Positions 23,133 through 24,000 of a stretch of 24,000 bases of DNA are shown one piece after another (within the stretch, counting starts at the first letter, position 1; each line of letters opens with the position of its first letter). The notes below the pieces were generated by a model. It saw only the letters and a list, made by a program, of their open reading frames with translations. It was not told the origin of the DNA and made no database searches. The position numbers and the translations under genes were made by a program. Origin of the DNA: Moritella sp. 5 (GTDB taxonomy: Bacteria > Pseudomonadota > Gammaproteobacteria > Enterobacterales > Moritellaceae); NCBI RefSeq assembly GCF_018219455.1, contig NZ_CP056122.1:3814065-3838064 (forward strand), read 5' to 3'.

Positions 23133-24000
23133 ATGAAAAAAAATCTCCCCCCTTTAAACTGGTTGCGTTCCTTTGAAGCATCAGCTCGCCATTTGAATTT
23201 TACCCAAGCGGCAAATGAACTGAATTTGACCCAAGCGGCAATTAGTACTCAAATAAAATGTTTAGAAGCTAATTTAGGTATGCCTCTATTTACCCGTTTA
23301 CCACGTGGTTTAACATTGACTGATTCTGGACAATCATACTTACCACCCGTTAGCGAAGCCATTAATAAACTTGCAGCCACAACCAATGAGATTTTTGGTG
23401 ATAGCAAAAAAATAAAAATTACAGTGTGCTCTAACCTCGTATTTTTTTGCCAATGGTTAGCGCCTAGAATGGCCTCCTTTTACGAGCAACACCCTGACAT
23501 TTTGATTCGTTTTACGAGTAATATTTGGGCCGATGACCTGGATAAAAATTCAGATGTTAATGTAGGATATGGTCATGGTAATTGGGACGGTTTTCGCTCC
23601 GACAGACTGACTTGGGATGAATTAATACCTGTATGTAGCCCCACATTATTAAGTTGTATGCCAACCCCTAAATGCCCGAGTGAACTTAATGAGTATGCTT
23701 TATTGCACGTGATTGGTTATGAAGAAGGCTGGGGACATTGGCTTAACGCAACTGGATTTCATGATATTAATACTGATAAAGGAATGACATTTGATACATT
23801 AGTATCCGCATTTGAAATGGCTAAACATGGACACGGTATTGCGCTAGGACGTAGCTCTTTGGTTAAAAAATCAATACTCAAAGGTGAGTTGATAGCTCCA
23901 TTTTCGCAAACAATACCAACCACCGAAGGTTTTTATTTAAAAACACCAACAAGTCAAATTGATAATAAAAAAATTGAAACGTTTAGACAATGGATTCTAA
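23133..24000 (+). CDS. dddR: LysR-family (GcvA-type) transcriptional regulator, DddR-like; 3' end outside the window (absent from the supplied ORF track)
   Basis: My own translation from the ATG at 23133 is open to nt 24000 (289 codons). It reads MKKNLPPLNWLRSFEASARHLNFTQAANELNLTQAAISTQIKCLEANLGMPLFTRLPRGLTLTDSG..., the classic GcvA-like LysR wHTH, followed by a substrate-binding-domain-like sequence. Its position after dddC matches the Marinomonas dddTBCR arrangement. Confidence 0.85.
   Translation, partial: MKKNLPPLNWLRSFEASARHLNFTQAANELNLTQAAISTQIKCLEANLGMPLFTRLPRGLTLTDSGQSYLPPVSEAINKLAATTNEIFGDSKKIKITVCSNLVFFCQWLAPRMASFYEQHPDILIRFTSNIWADDLDKNSDVNVGYGHGNWDGFRSDRLTWDELIPVCSPTLLSCMPTPKCPSELNEYALLHVIGYEEGWGHWLNATGFHDINTDKGMTFDTLVSAFEMAKHGHGIALGRSSLVKKSILKGELIAPFSQTIPTTEGFYLKTPTSQIDNKKIETFRQWIL

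Overview
This is a low-GC (about 40% by eye) gammaproteobacterial chromosomal segment of marine Vibrionales/Alteromonadales type. It is densely coding. I found no rRNA, tRNA, CRISPR array, transposase, integrase or phage gene.

Gene order:
1. nt 1-552 (+): the 3' part of a sphingomyelinase-C-like EEP phosphodiesterase.
2. nt 1103-2443 (+): an SdaC-like serine transporter behind a 550-bp AT-rich leader.
3. nt 2605-6975 (-): a complete Leloir operon, galE-galT-galK-galM.
4. nt 7182-15300 (+): a locus collinear with E. coli ebgR-ebgA-ebgC-ygjI, transcribed divergently from gal. It encodes a LacI-type repressor, a GH2 'evolved' beta-galactosidase with its small subunit, and two tandem YgjI-like APC permease paralogs.
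5. nt 15442-24000: a complete DddD-type DMSP-to-DMS cluster. dddD (a two-domain class III CoA-transferase/lyase) lies on the minus strand. It diverges from dddT (BCCT), dddB (Fe-ADH) and dddC (methylmalonate-semialdehyde-dehydrogenase-like). A LysR/GcvA-type dddR follows and runs off the window end; it is missing from the ORF track.

Six longest-ORF starts in the track are over-extended and were re-placed on SD-supported starts.

I see no convincing evidence for a wholly new system. The points most worth follow-up are:
- the ddd cluster, which is probably annotated only generically;
- the asymmetric catalytic residues in the two DddD domains;
- the ebg/APC-permease module wired to the gal operon, since the natural Ebg substrate is unknown;
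- a recurring AGTAAA/TTTACT operator-like inverted repeat upstream of three of its transcription units.
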